DNA of 64,000 nt from Fimbriimonadales bacterium (GTDB taxonomy: Bacteria > Armatimonadota > Fimbriimonadia > Fimbriimonadales > JABRVX01). The position numbers were made by a program, and so were the translations under genes. The notes under the pieces were generated by a model. It saw only the letters and a program-made list of their open reading frames with translations, had not been told where the DNA came from and searched no databases. The stretch lies in NCBI GenBank assembly GCA_045862955.1, contig BTVI01000014.1, forward strand, positions 12,992 to 76,991, given 5' to 3'. Positions 1 to 9,788 of the stretch are shown in pieces; the stretch's first letter is position 1; each line of letters starts with the position of its first letter.

Positions 1-19
1 GCTAGAAGCGCTCGAGAAC

Positions 20-997
20 GTGTCCGATTGCGCCATCGCGCTCCAAGTTGCGACACCAGCGGAGATTTTCGCTGAACTGGATCGACGCTATGGGATCGGG
101 GGAAGCGGTCCGCAACAGGTCTTGCCCGTCCGGCCGGGAGACATGTTCCTCCACTACAGGCTTAGCTCCGTACGCTGGGAGGAACCTGGCGTCGTGTGGT
201 TCGAGGCAGATGACACCCGACTGCTGCGCAGGGTTACCGTAGCACTGCTGTGCCCCGATGTGGATGAGCCTCTAGCCCGACGTGCCGGGAGGGTTCTGGA
301 GCACTCGCTCTGGCTCGCTCGTTTCCCGCACCGCAACGTGCTGACCATTCACGATGTCGGCGAAGCCGACGGGCTGAAGTTCATCGTGAGTGAGGCGATC
401 CAAGGTGAGACGCTTCGTGAGCGCCTGCTGCGGGAGCGGAAGCTCTCCTTGGCTGCCACTTGCGAGATAGGCCTTCAGTTGTGCGATGGACTGCGCCACC
501 TGCACCGTCACCAGCTCGTTTACCGCGCTCTAAGCCCCTCGAACTGCGCCTTGCTGAGCGGAGACGAGGTCAAGCTGACGCATCTCGGCCTCGGCTTCGA
601 GCCACACGAGGTGGGTGACGAGTTTCGCTTACTAGAAGCCGACGACTTCCGCTACCGTGCCCCGGAATACATTGCGGGTGAACCGCTCGACCAGCGGGCC
701 GACATCTTCTCGCTGGGCACGCTGTTGTACGAGATGGCGGCGGGTCGCCCCGCCTTTCCGGGTGCGGGTGTAGCCGCAGTGACGCGCCTGATCCTGGAGG
801 GCGGACTGGCGGCGTGTGAGGATCTTCCGCCTGCGCTGAACCGAATCATTTTGAGGGCCTGCGCCGCAGAGCGGCACGGGCGCTACAGAGACGCCCTCTC
901 GCTTGCAGAGGACCTACTGGCCCAACACTGGCCAGAGGTCGCGGCAGGAGCCGGGGTCTCCCGCTATCTCGCCGCGGTGGAGCGGGAGACGGAGTAG
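20..997 (+). CDS. Hanks-type Ser/Thr kinase-fold protein, catalytically degenerate (pseudokinase); may extend 5' beyond the window
   Basis: Kinase scaffold motifs are kept (HRNVLTIHDVG, YRAPE, DQRADIFSLGTLLYEMAAGRPAF). VAIK is replaced by VTVAL, HRDLKPxN by YRALSPSN and DFG by HLG. The frame is open from base 2. Confidence 0.85.
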   Translation: MSDCAIALQVATPAEIFAELDRRYGIGGSGPQQVLPVRPGDMFLHYRLSSVRWEEPGVVWFEADDTRLLRRVTVALLCPDVDEPLARRAGRVLEHSLWLARFPHRNVLTIHDVGEADGLKFIVSEAIQGETLRERLLRERKLSLAATCEIGLQLCDGLRHLHRHQLVYRALSPSNCALLSGDEVKLTHLGLGFEPHEVGDEFRLLEADDFRYRAPEYIAGEPLDQRADIFSLGTLLYEMAAGRPAFPGAGVAAVTRLILEGGLAACEDLPPALNRIILRACAAERHGRYRDALSLAEDLLAQHWPEVAAGAGVSRYLAAVERETE

Positions 998-1006
998 AGC
1001 ATCGAG

Positions 1007-1831
1007 GTGAGAGCGATGACAAGAGCCTATACCATCGTCGTAACTGGTGGACGCACGGGCCTCGGCAGAACCCAAGTGGCCGCCAATCTGGCCATCGCGC
1101 TGCAGCAACAAGAGCGCTCGACCGTGCTCGTGGACCTGGATATCGGACAGGACAACCTCCGAAGCGCGCTCGGAATCAGCCCTCCACGCTCCCTGGCGGA
1201 GGCGTTGAGCGGACGGGCGAGACTCGAGGACCTTCTCGCAGAGGGGCCTGGTGGAATCGCCATCTTGCGCGGCGGGGCCGAGCTCGAACAGGTGGCGGCC
1301 CTTACGTCGGCCCAGACACGAAACCTTCTCGGGGAGTTGGTGCGCTTGGAGAGCCGGTTCGACTTCATCGTCATGGACGCAGGCATCGGCTCCTCTCTGA
1401 GCGCACTGGCCTTCGTCCGAAGCGCCCATGAGGCGCTGACACTGACGGCTCCCGACGCGGACGACATGACCGCGGCCTATACGGTGTTGAAGATGGTTAG
1501 TCGCAGGAGCCCTGGTACCGCTATCTCTCTGTGCGTCAACTTCGCCGCGAGCGAGGACGACGCAGTAGCAGCGCAGCGACTCGTCAGTGTCGCGCGCTCG
1601 TTTCTCCACGCAGAGCTGAGAGTGGCAGGTGTAATTCGCGAGGACGCCGCGGTGAGGCTGGCAGAGCGCGCCGAGCGCCCGGTGCTGCTCACCTACCCGA
1701 CCTGCATGTTTGCAAGAGACATCGTGAAGCTTTCGTCTTTCTGGACGAGGGAGCGTGCTGCCGACCCGGCCCTCGGACTGGCAGAGCGGCTAGCGGTGGA
1801 GCTTTCGCCGTCTCTGAGCGCGGTTGGCTGA
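1007..1831 (+). CDS. MinD/FlhG (FleN)-like P-loop NTPase with atypical Walker A
   Basis: IVVTGGRTGLGRT..ANLAIAL, VLVDLDIG, FDFIVMDAG and GVIREDAAV..PVLLTYP follow the FlhG/MinD layout. Confidence 0.8.
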   Translation: MRAMTRAYTIVVTGGRTGLGRTQVAANLAIALQQQERSTVLVDLDIGQDNLRSALGISPPRSLAEALSGRARLEDLLAEGPGGIAILRGGAELEQVAALTSAQTRNLLGELVRLESRFDFIVMDAGIGSSLSALAFVRSAHEALTLTAPDADDMTAAYTVLKMVSRRSPGTAISLCVNFAASEDDAVAAQRLVSVARSFLHAELRVAGVIREDAAVRLAERAERPVLLTYPTCMFARDIVKLSSFWTRERAADPALGLAERLAVELSPSLSAVG

Positions 1832-2059
1832 GACGCCGTTGGCTGTGGGCTGAGGAATGAAGTCGTGCGACCGTTTGCCAGCCTCATCGACGGGTGGTAC
1901 ACTTGCGATGTCGTCTTGTCGCATCCGAGCAGGGCGGCCATCCTCCCCGTCTACAGCGCTAACCATGCACATGCCGCCCTCACTTCCGATTGTCGAGCAG
2001 CCGGAAGCTGTCGCGGGTGAGGCTGCACGAAGCGTCCGCGTCCAGAGGCGAACAATCTG

Positions 2060-2965
2060 GTGACTCCTCCCGTAAGCGTCGTGATAACTTGCTTCAACTA
2101 CGAACGCTTCCTTGCAGATGCCATCCTTACCGCCAGGTACCAGACGCTAAATGGAGCCGAGATCGTCGTCGTGGACGATGGAAGCACCGACGACTCCGCC
2201 AAGGCCGCGAAGGCACTGGGTGTTCGTGTCGTACAGCAGGAAAACCGGGGGCTCGCTGCCGCCAGAAACCGAGGCATCGCCGAGACTTCCGCCGACTGGA
2301 TTGCCTTCCTGGACGCCGACGATCTGTGGGAAACGCACAAGCTCGAGCGTCAGTATGCGGCCGTGTGCGACGAGCAAGGCATCGTGCTGTGCCATACGGA
2401 CTGCGTCTTTCTGCACGGCGACGGAACCGAAGACCGCCGGCCGCGCAAGCTGGAGCCGCCGGAACGGGGCTGCCCCTTCGCGCACCTGCTGCCCAGTAAC
2501 CGCATCTTCTCCAGCTCCGCGATGGTACGACGCGATGCCGTCTTGCGCGCCGGCGGCTTCGACGAGAACCTCGACGCGTACGAAGACGTAGACCTATGGT
2601 TTCGCTTGGCAGCGCACGGCGACTTTCTCTTCCTGCCCGACCGACTCATCAAGTACCGGCTTCACGGAGCGAACACCAGGTCGCTCGGAAGAGAGTTCTG
2701 GGAAGGCTCTTTCGCGGTCCTGCAGGACAAGGTGCTAGCCAGCTGGGATGTACTCTCTGCACGGTTTCAGCCGAGAGAGAGGCAGCGCTACCGGCGCCTC
2801 CTGCGACGCCTCGTCGCGCTCTGCTACTCCGGTCAGGCCAAGCACTGCGCACGCGAGGGCCGTTATGCCGATGCCCTGAGGTCGCACTGGCGAGCGCTAG
2901 GTAACTATCCGTGGGCCCCACGACTTTACGGCTGCTTCCTCCGCACGTTGCTCTTCTGCCGCTAG
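2060..2965 (+). CDS. Glycosyltransferase family 2
   Basis: VSVVITCFN, IVVVDDGSTD, NRGLAAARNRG, IAFLDADD, GGFDE, EDVDLW. Confidence 0.93.
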   Translation: MTPPVSVVITCFNYERFLADAILTARYQTLNGAEIVVVDDGSTDDSAKAAKALGVRVVQQENRGLAAARNRGIAETSADWIAFLDADDLWETHKLERQYAAVCDEQGIVLCHTDCVFLHGDGTEDRRPRKLEPPERGCPFAHLLPSNRIFSSSAMVRRDAVLRAGGFDENLDAYEDVDLWFRLAAHGDFLFLPDRLIKYRLHGANTRSLGREFWEGSFAVLQDKVLASWDVLSARFQPRERQRYRRLLRRLVALCYSGQAKHCAREGRYADALRSHWRALGNYPWAPRLYGCFLRTLLFCR

Positions 2966-3022
2966 CTGGGTTCCCTAGACCCGCCGAGGCTGAGGTGAGT
3001 GGTTCGTCCGTGCGAGCGCCAG

Positions 3023-3845
3023 GTGCCTCTCAGCGTTCTTCGCGAGTGCTTTGCGTCCTCTGCGCGATGGCTCCGGGCGCGCCCTGGTGTTGCGCTGCCG
3101 GGTGACTTGCATCAGGCCTACGGGGTCGGATCTCGCGCGAAGTTCGCAGAGAGATCGCCAAGGTCGCAGCAGGGTCTCTCGCCCAGCGTTCTCGATTGGG
3201 CTTCTCTGAGGCGCCTCTCAGCGATCTTGGCGAGCGCTCTGCGTCCTCTGCGCGATGGCTCCGGACGCGCCCTGGTGTCGCGCTGCCTGGTGACTTGCAG
3301 CAGGCCTACGGGCTCGGATCTCGCGCGAAGTTCGCAGAGGGATTGCCAAGGTCACAGAAGTGGTCAACCGCACGGCATCTTCGATTAGGCTGTCGTCACG
3401 TGCCTCTCAGCGATCTTCGCGAGTGCTTTGCGTCCTCTGCGCGATGGCCCCTGGCGCGCCCTGGTGTTGCGCTGCCGGGTGACCTGCGGCAGGCCTACGG
3501 GCTCGGCTCTCGCGCGAAGTTCGCAGAGGGATCGTCAAGGTCACAGAAGTGGTCAACCGCACGGCATTCTCGATTGGGCTTCTCTGACGTGCCTCTCAGC
3601 GTTCTTCGCGAGTACTTTGCGTCCCTCGCGCGATAGCCCCGGACGCGCCCTGGTGTTGCCCTGCCGGGTGACCTGCGGCAGGCCTACGGGCTCGGCTCTC
3701 GCGCGAAGTTCGCAGAGAGATCGCCAACGTCGCAGCAGGGTCTCTCGCACGGCATTCTCGATTGGGCTGTCGTCACGTGCCTTTCGGCGTTCTTCGCGAG
3801 TGCTTTGCGGCCTTTGCGTGACAGCCCCTGGCGCGCCCTGGTGAT
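3023..3845. repeat. Tandem array of ~4.3 copies of a 188-189 bp unit with internal imperfect inverted repeats (REP/REPIN-like)
   Basis: GCCTCTCAGCG-type anchor at 3025, 3213, 3402, 3591 and 3779. Each unit has a CTTTGCGTCCTCTGCGCGA-like arm and an imperfectly complementary TCGCGCGAAGTTCGCAGAG arm. Confidence 0.92.
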
Positions 3846-3944
3846 GCCGAGGGCAGTGAGCAGCAGGAGGACACAAGGCTCACGGCATTGACCGCGCAGA
3901 CACCACGACAGGATAGGACATCGCCGACGCCGAAGTAACACCTC

Positions 3945-5192
3945 ATGAAAGCCCTTGCCTGCATCCTCTTGTTCCTCTCCGTTCCGCTGGCTCTCTGCCA
4001 AGTGTGGCCGCAGCCGGACGAGTGGCCCATGCTCGCCGGAGACGCCCCTGGGTCGTCTTACACTCGCGTTCCCCCGATAGGCATCACTGGTCAGGTCTGG
4101 CGCACCAACCTGAGTTCGATCCGTACTGAGATGATCACCTGGCGGCAAGCCGTTGCCGCCCATGGGCGCCTGTATCTGAAGTCGAAGGACACCGTGGCCG
4201 CGCTCGACGCAACGGGCGGGCAGATCCTGTGGAGCAGGCCGCTTGCGGCTAACGAGATCGCCGCAGCAGGCAAAGGCGTGTTGCTTGCACTCTCCGGCTT
4301 TGGGCTGATCGCGCTAGACGGTCGCACAGGTGAGAGGCTGTGGGACGTCACAGTACCCGAAGCCACCCCAGCCCCCCGATTGATCGCCGGCTACGACTTT
4401 GCTCTCGTTGTCGGCGGTGGCGATGCCGGGCATGTCGCGCGATTCTTCGACACCAAGGACGGTGAGGCGCTCGCTTGGGATTCGGCGCTGCGCATCCGAG
4501 TGACTGGGCAGTGGTCGCTGTTCAACCACCCCTCGGCCATTCCAGCCTCCGCGTCCTCCGTCGTCTGCTTTGGCAATCGCGAACCGCAGGTCGTCTTTCT
4601 CCCGACCGGCTCCTCGAAGCAGCCGGGGGCGCTAGCGTGCAGCAAGAACCTCGTGATCGCCGGTTGGGCCGACACCTCGGCTACCATGGTCCCGATGGGC
4701 GAGGAGCTCGCCACCCAGGCCTGGAGCGTCGAGGAAGATTTCAGCCTCGTTTCCCGCTGGGTGAAAACGGGCAAAGCTCCCACGGAGTGGGGCAGGGCAG
4801 ACAAGCTGTGCATAGCCAGCCCTTCCTTCGCTGTGGGGTATTCGGCGGATACAGGGCAGATGTTCGCGTTCAACCCTACAACGGGCGCCGAGCACTGGAA
4901 GATCAAGAAGGGCTGGCAGCTCCTTGCGATGGTGGCGGGAGGGCAGAGGGTGTACGCGGCCTTCCAGATCCCGTCCAAGACCGGTGGTGGCCCGGTGGGC
5001 ACTCAGCTCCAGGTCTTGGACCTGGCCACGGGCGAGACACTGCTGCGGCACGACCTGCCGGCTCTCAGCGTCAACACGCTGGTTCCTGCCTACCGGAAGC
5101 TTTACGTGCTGGGGCACCACAACCCGGCTGCGCTCAAGGCGGATGTGCCACCGGCTGCCATCCCCGTGGCGGTCTGTCTCGGCAATCCGTAG
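3945..5192 (+). CDS. Secreted PQQ-like (BamB-type) beta-propeller protein
   Basis: Signal peptide, WPMLAGD, and repeated ALDATGGQILW / ALDGRTGERLW / AFNPTTGAEHW / LDLATGE blades. Confidence 0.8.
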   Translation: MKALACILLFLSVPLALCQVWPQPDEWPMLAGDAPGSSYTRVPPIGITGQVWRTNLSSIRTEMITWRQAVAAHGRLYLKSKDTVAALDATGGQILWSRPLAANEIAAAGKGVLLALSGFGLIALDGRTGERLWDVTVPEATPAPRLIAGYDFALVVGGGDAGHVARFFDTKDGEALAWDSALRIRVTGQWSLFNHPSAIPASASSVVCFGNREPQVVFLPTGSSKQPGALACSKNLVIAGWADTSATMVPMGEELATQAWSVEEDFSLVSRWVKTGKAPTEWGRADKLCIASPSFAVGYSADTGQMFAFNPTTGAEHWKIKKGWQLLAMVAGGQRVYAAFQIPSKTGGGPVGTQLQVLDLATGETLLRHDLPALSVNTLVPAYRKLYVLGHHNPAALKADVPPAAIPVAVCLGNP

Positions 5193-5258
5193 TCCCAGGG
5201 ACCCCGCGGGGGCGCAGGTAAGATACTGCGAATCGCACTATCGGTTCGGGGGTTTCCG

Positions 5259-7283
5259 ATGCTCGGCTCGTGCCGCGAGCCGGCCCCACCGCCGCCTCGT
5301 TGCGCGGTAGCGGGTCTCTGTATAGTTCTGGGTTTCTTGCTGTGTGCTGCGCCCATGGCTGCGGGCTCAGCCCACCCGCAGGATGCTATTCGCAATCGTA
5401 CGGTTCCAGCCGTGCGCGTAGACTCGCCCCCCGTTATTGACGGCATCCTCGACGATCCCTGCTGGTCCACGCTCCCAGAAGTCTCCGGCTTCACGGACGA
5501 GGCACTCGGTACGCCGGTCGCAGACGACACCATCGTCCGAATCGGCTACGACGATGTAGCCATCTATGTGGCCTTTCGGTGTTTGGATAGCCGCCCGGAG
5601 CAGATCGTCGCTCGCGAGCGCAAGCGCGGCGTTCGTTTCCGCGGTGAAGACCGAGTTCGCATCTATCTCAACCCTTTCAACAACAAACGTTGGGAAGACG
5701 AGAGCATGCTGGACGTCAACCCGCTCGGAACGCAATTCGCGCGCTTCGCCGGAGGGCGCGCTGGCAAGCTGGAATGGGAAGGTGCTTGGCAGAGCGCCGC
5801 AAGGGTCGACGAAAATGGATGGACGGTGGAAGTGGCCGTGCCTTGGGCCGACTTCGCTCGTCCGCCGGCCGACGGGAAGCCCCGCAACCTGGGTATCAAC
5901 TTCGAGCGCTATCAGGCACGAACGCAGACCCGATCCTATTGGAGCAACTTGGGCCCGCAGGCGAGAGTCGAGTACTCAGGTGAATGGGTCGGCGTGGTAC
6001 TGCCCCCCGAGAGCGGTGTGCAGCGCCTGTCGCTCCTAGCATACGCTTTCGGCGGCGTCTCGGAGGGTGACGTCGTCAAGCAGGCGGGCGTGGACGCGCG
6101 CTACCGGTTTACCCCCCTGCAGACCGGAGTGGTCTCCCTCAATCCCGACTTCTCCGATGTGGAAGGCGCGGTCACCAGCGTGGACTTCTCCTACTCCGAA
6201 GTGATCGCCGACGAGAGCCGGCCGTTCTTCCTCGAGGGTGCCGCCTACTACCGCACCGCGGACTATCGAACCAACTCTTTCTATCCGATTCGAATCCCTG
6301 CATTCGACTTCGGCGCCAAGTTCTACGGCAAGACCAACGGCACGGACATTGGCCTCCTGGCCACGCACCGCTTCGACGGGAGGACCGATGCCGTCGTCAA
6401 CCTCGTGAGCCGGACCAACCCGTTCGACTCCTATGGCCTGCAAGTCGTGGGGCTCGATGGCGACGGCCAACGCAATCTAGTGGTTCAGGGCACCGCCCGG
6501 ATCCGTAGAGGAGATTGGAGCTTCAGCGGGGCCTATGCGATGTCGGACGATCTCACCGGACCAGGAGAGAGCGCACGCATCGGCGTCTTTTGGGTGCCGG
6601 AGCGTTGGTTCGTGGGTGCCAGCTACGCGCTGACCAGTCCAGGGTACCTACCGCGAAACGGCTACGTGCCGTTCACGGACGAGAGAGGTGTCAGTCTTAG
6701 CGCGGGATACAACGGGGACTGGCGCAGCGGTCCCATACGCTCGATCGAGTGGTCGCTCGACGCCAATCGGTTCGAGCGGTACGATGGCAGCTTGTTTCGC
6801 CAAGGTGTGACTTCGTCGGTCGAGTTGAGGACGAACGACCTCTCGATCTACGCCCATCTGCTCGCAAGTCGCTTCGAGGACAACGACGATCTTGTCGCAG
6901 CAATCGGTTTCGGCTATCCCGCGCTCGATCGCTTCCGGAACGTCGGAATCGGAATACGCCAAGGGCGTCTGGCAGGACTCGACTACCTAGCCATCACTCC
7001 CTCGGTCAAGTGGCAGTTCGGAGGCAGGCTGAACGTCAGTCTTACCAGCGAGTGGGTGCGGATCGGAGGCACTCGCAGGCAGGATGTGCTGGGTGTAGCC
7101 TACGACTTCGCACCGGACCGCGGGATCGGTGGCCGACTGGTGCGTCGAGACAGCTCCGTGAACTGGTATCTCAGCTATCGCAAATCGGGATACGGCGGCC
7201 TCGAGATGTTCGTGATCTTGGGAGACCCCAATGCAGACAACTTCGCGGAGCGCCTCGTCTTCAAGGTGGTTCAGGAGTTTTGA
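5259..7283 (+). CDS. CBM9-like domain plus DUF5916-like putative outer-membrane protein (start uncertain)
   Basis: PVIDGILDDPCW, YDDVAIYVAFRC and GWTVEVAVPW (CBM9-like); NPDFSDVE and ESRPFFLEG (DUF5916-like); C-terminal Phe. Confidence 0.75.
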   Translation: MLGSCREPAPPPPRCAVAGLCIVLGFLLCAAPMAAGSAHPQDAIRNRTVPAVRVDSPPVIDGILDDPCWSTLPEVSGFTDEALGTPVADDTIVRIGYDDVAIYVAFRCLDSRPEQIVARERKRGVRFRGEDRVRIYLNPFNNKRWEDESMLDVNPLGTQFARFAGGRAGKLEWEGAWQSAARVDENGWTVEVAVPWADFARPPADGKPRNLGINFERYQARTQTRSYWSNLGPQARVEYSGEWVGVVLPPESGVQRLSLLAYAFGGVSEGDVVKQAGVDARYRFTPLQTGVVSLNPDFSDVEGAVTSVDFSYSEVIADESRPFFLEGAAYYRTADYRTNSFYPIRIPAFDFGAKFYGKTNGTDIGLLATHRFDGRTDAVVNLVSRTNPFDSYGLQVVGLDGDGQRNLVVQGTARIRRGDWSFSGAYAMSDDLTGPGESARIGVFWVPERWFVGASYALTSPGYLPRNGYVPFTDERGVSLSAGYNGDWRSGPIRSIEWSLDANRFERYDGSLFRQGVTSSVELRTNDLSIYAHLLASRFEDNDDLVAAIGFGYPALDRFRNVGIGIRQGRLAGLDYLAITPSVKWQFGGRLNVSLTSEWVRIGGTRRQDVLGVAYDFAPDRGIGGRLVRRDSSVNWYLSYRKSGYGGLEMFVILGDPNADNFAERLVFKVVQEF

Positions 7284-7289
7284 CGGCTG

Positions 7290-9698
7290 TCATGGCTTCG
7301 GCAGTGACCAGTCGCCGCCGAAGTAACCCGCTGCAAGCACAGCCTCGTCACCCTTCTGCAGCAGTTCGGGCCCGACGACGGCGTAGTCCGGCAAGGACAC
7401 GCCACTCGTGAAGTATCTCGGTTCGAAGGTGCGGCGCATTGCGAGGGCGGAGGTCGCCCCGACCACCACCACCGAGTCCGCGTCCGTACCGTGGATCGGA
7501 TAGACGAGCCACGCCGAGAGGTCGCCATCGAACCGCTGTTCGCCTACTTGCACCCTCCCCCGACGCACCGCTATCGGACAGTCTGCAAGCAGGTACCCGA
7601 AGGCGGAGTTCATGTCGGCGTGGCCGAACAGCACCACGTTCCGCCCTCGGTACTTCGCCGGCGTGAACGCCACGTCCGGAATCACCTCCACGTTTCCGTT
7701 GGCGCGATACCACCACATCTGCTGGTCGAAGCGCACCTTGGCCAGGCACGCGGCGTTCTCTTCGGCCGTCCCGTGCGTGCCGTACACCCACACCATGCGG
7801 CGGGTGAAGCCGTACTTGAATGGTCCGCCCCGCAGGGGATGCTTCCGTGCCGTGTCGTGTTCCTCGACGATCCGCCAGCGCCCGCCCGCCCGTTCTAGCC
7901 GAATGGGCTGCGAGGCATCGGCCACGGCCAGACGCGTGCCATCCGCCACCACCGCTATACCGCCCGATAGGGAAAAACAGCGCGAGAAGTCCAGAGTGAG
8001 TGCAGCAGCGTTCTCGGTCTCCATTCGAACCTGCCTCAGGTCGCTCCGAAGCTCGGCACGCACCGACGTGATTTTGCCGCTCTCCTCTTGCCTCACCACG
8101 CTCAGCCAGAAGTGGTCGCACGACAGGGCCGGGTTCTGCGTGCGGAAGCTCAACTTCGTGGGTGCAGCCGGCCGTACGCGCCGCCCGAACCACTCGTTGC
8201 GTGGCGGATAGTCGAGGCATTCTGCGCCGGGATGATCCGGCGTGTCGTACCAGTGTCCGGCATTCGGTTCCTCGTGAACACGCAGGTCCTCGTGAAACTC
8301 ACCGAGGCGTGCAACCATCTCACGCATCTCGGAGATCGGGACGTTGTCGTCGGCGGTGCCATGAACCGCGAACACGGGCACATCCTCGAGGTTTCGGATT
8401 AGTGCAAGCGTGTCGCTCTCCAGTTTCGCGATCTCGAGTGCCGCTCTGGGGCCGGTAGTCTCCTTCGGCGCGGCGCCCCCGCCGTAGGAGAAGAAGCTGA
8501 TCCAACCCGCCGATGGCCCGATGCCTGCCCAGAGCGACGGCAACATGGCACCGAGATACCACGTACCGTGACCGCCCATCGAATGGCCCACGAGGTAGAT
8601 GCGGTTCGGGTCCACCTCGTGTGTAGCCCGGAAGTGCGCCAGTGTCTCGAGCGCGTCGATCAAGCCCCACTCCTGCCAATCGTGGCCGAAGGGCCGGCGG
8701 TTGGTCGGTGCCACGGTGTAGGCCGCCTCTTTGGAATAGTGGGCTCCGGCTTGTCCAATCGCCTCGACGCCGGCTCCATGGAGAGACAAGAACAGCGCGG
8801 CCTTCTCACCACGCTTCAGTGCCGTCGGCTCGCGCACGGCGTAGTACTGGACTGAGCCATCGATCGCCGACTCACGGGTGACTCGGTACGCCTGTCCTGG
8901 TTTACGCAGACCGACCTCCAGATCCCCTGTCGTCTCGGTCTTACCGTGTCGCAGCGTGACGGAGAGCTCGAGCGGCCCCTCGACGACCCGGGTGCGAAGA
9001 GCCGTGCGGAACGGGAGCTTGATAAGGCCGAGGGGTACGATCTCGGGGACGTGCACTCTCCGCTTCTCGAAGACCTTTCCATCGCCGACTTCCAACACCG
9101 CGCCGCGCAGGGGCTCGCTGAGGTGGTTGAGGACCACCACCGCACACAGCGCCTGTTCTCCCGCTCGCCCTTCCATGTCGGGGACAAGCGCGTCTCGGAG
9201 GTTGAGAGAGCACGACCCGTGCGCATCCACGAGCGACACCGAGAACCCGCCTCGCGCACAGCGCAGTAGCAGCCGGTTCTCGCCTTTCCGCAGCGCTATC
9301 GGCACGCGCAAGTAGCCGTGCGAGTAAGGATCGCCGACGAACGGCACGCCGTTCACGAACCCGTAGCTGAAACCCGTTCCGCTCAGAACGGCCGTACCCT
9401 CTGCCTGCGCCGGTATGGTCGCGGCGGCCCATCCGTTCCGCGTGAACGCGTGCTCTACCCGGCCTTCCTTGTCAGCCGCTACCTCGGTCACCCAGTCGGG
9501 CCTGAAATCCGGCTCCTTCGCAATCTGCTCCAGCACCGGGTCGGGGACGAATGGCACTCGGCCTCCCGGAAGCGTGTGTGGCGTGAGCTTCCATGTGAGC
9601 CCCGCCGTGCTGAAGCCCTCTGGCAGCACCTGCGCTACCGAGAGGACCGCCGCAAGAGTCACTGCCAGTGCGATTCCCGACCTGATTCCTGCTCTCAT
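7290..9698 (-). CDS. Secreted alpha/beta-hydrolase (S9 peptidase/esterase-like), multidomain
   Basis: LSLHGAG, IYLVGHSMGGHG nucleophile elbow, HGTADDNVP, AGHW. Start moved to MRAGIRSG, which begins a signal peptide. Confidence 0.8.
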   Translation of the reverse strand: MRAGIRSGIALAVTLAAVLSVAQVLPEGFSTAGLTWKLTPHTLPGGRVPFVPDPVLEQIAKEPDFRPDWVTEVAADKEGRVEHAFTRNGWAAATIPAQAEGTAVLSGTGFSYGFVNGVPFVGDPYSHGYLRVPIALRKGENRLLLRCARGGFSVSLVDAHGSCSLNLRDALVPDMEGRAGEQALCAVVVLNHLSEPLRGAVLEVGDGKVFEKRRVHVPEIVPLGLIKLPFRTALRTRVVEGPLELSVTLRHGKTETTGDLEVGLRKPGQAYRVTRESAIDGSVQYYAVREPTALKRGEKAALFLSLHGAGVEAIGQAGAHYSKEAAYTVAPTNRRPFGHDWQEWGLIDALETLAHFRATHEVDPNRIYLVGHSMGGHGTWYLGAMLPSLWAGIGPSAGWISFFSYGGGAAPKETTGPRAALEIAKLESDTLALIRNLEDVPVFAVHGTADDNVPISEMREMVARLGEFHEDLRVHEEPNAGHWYDTPDHPGAECLDYPPRNEWFGRRVRPAAPTKLSFRTQNPALSCDHFWLSVVRQEESGKITSVRAELRSDLRQVRMETENAAALTLDFSRCFSLSGGIAVVADGTRLAVADASQPIRLERAGGRWRIVEEHDTARKHPLRGGPFKYGFTRRMVWVYGTHGTAEENAACLAKVRFDQQMWWYRANGNVEVIPDVAFTPAKYRGRNVVLFGHADMNSAFGYLLADCPIAVRRGRVQVGEQRFDGDLSAWLVYPIHGTDADSVVVVGATSALAMRRTFEPRYFTSGVSLPDYAVVGPELLQKGDEAVLAAGYFGGDWSLPKP

Positions 9699-9788
9699 GA
9701 CCAATGGGCTTCGCCGCCGAGTCCCCGCATCTTGCCAAGAAACCGAAACCGCTGTAGAATGAGACGAGCACGCCACGGACGGCACAGA

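Noticed and set aside
3023..3845. CRISPR array or repeat-protein ORFs (2999..3388, 3196..3636, 3428..3844)
   Set aside because: No spacers. The 188/189 period shifts the frame, so the ORFs are by-products of the repeat.
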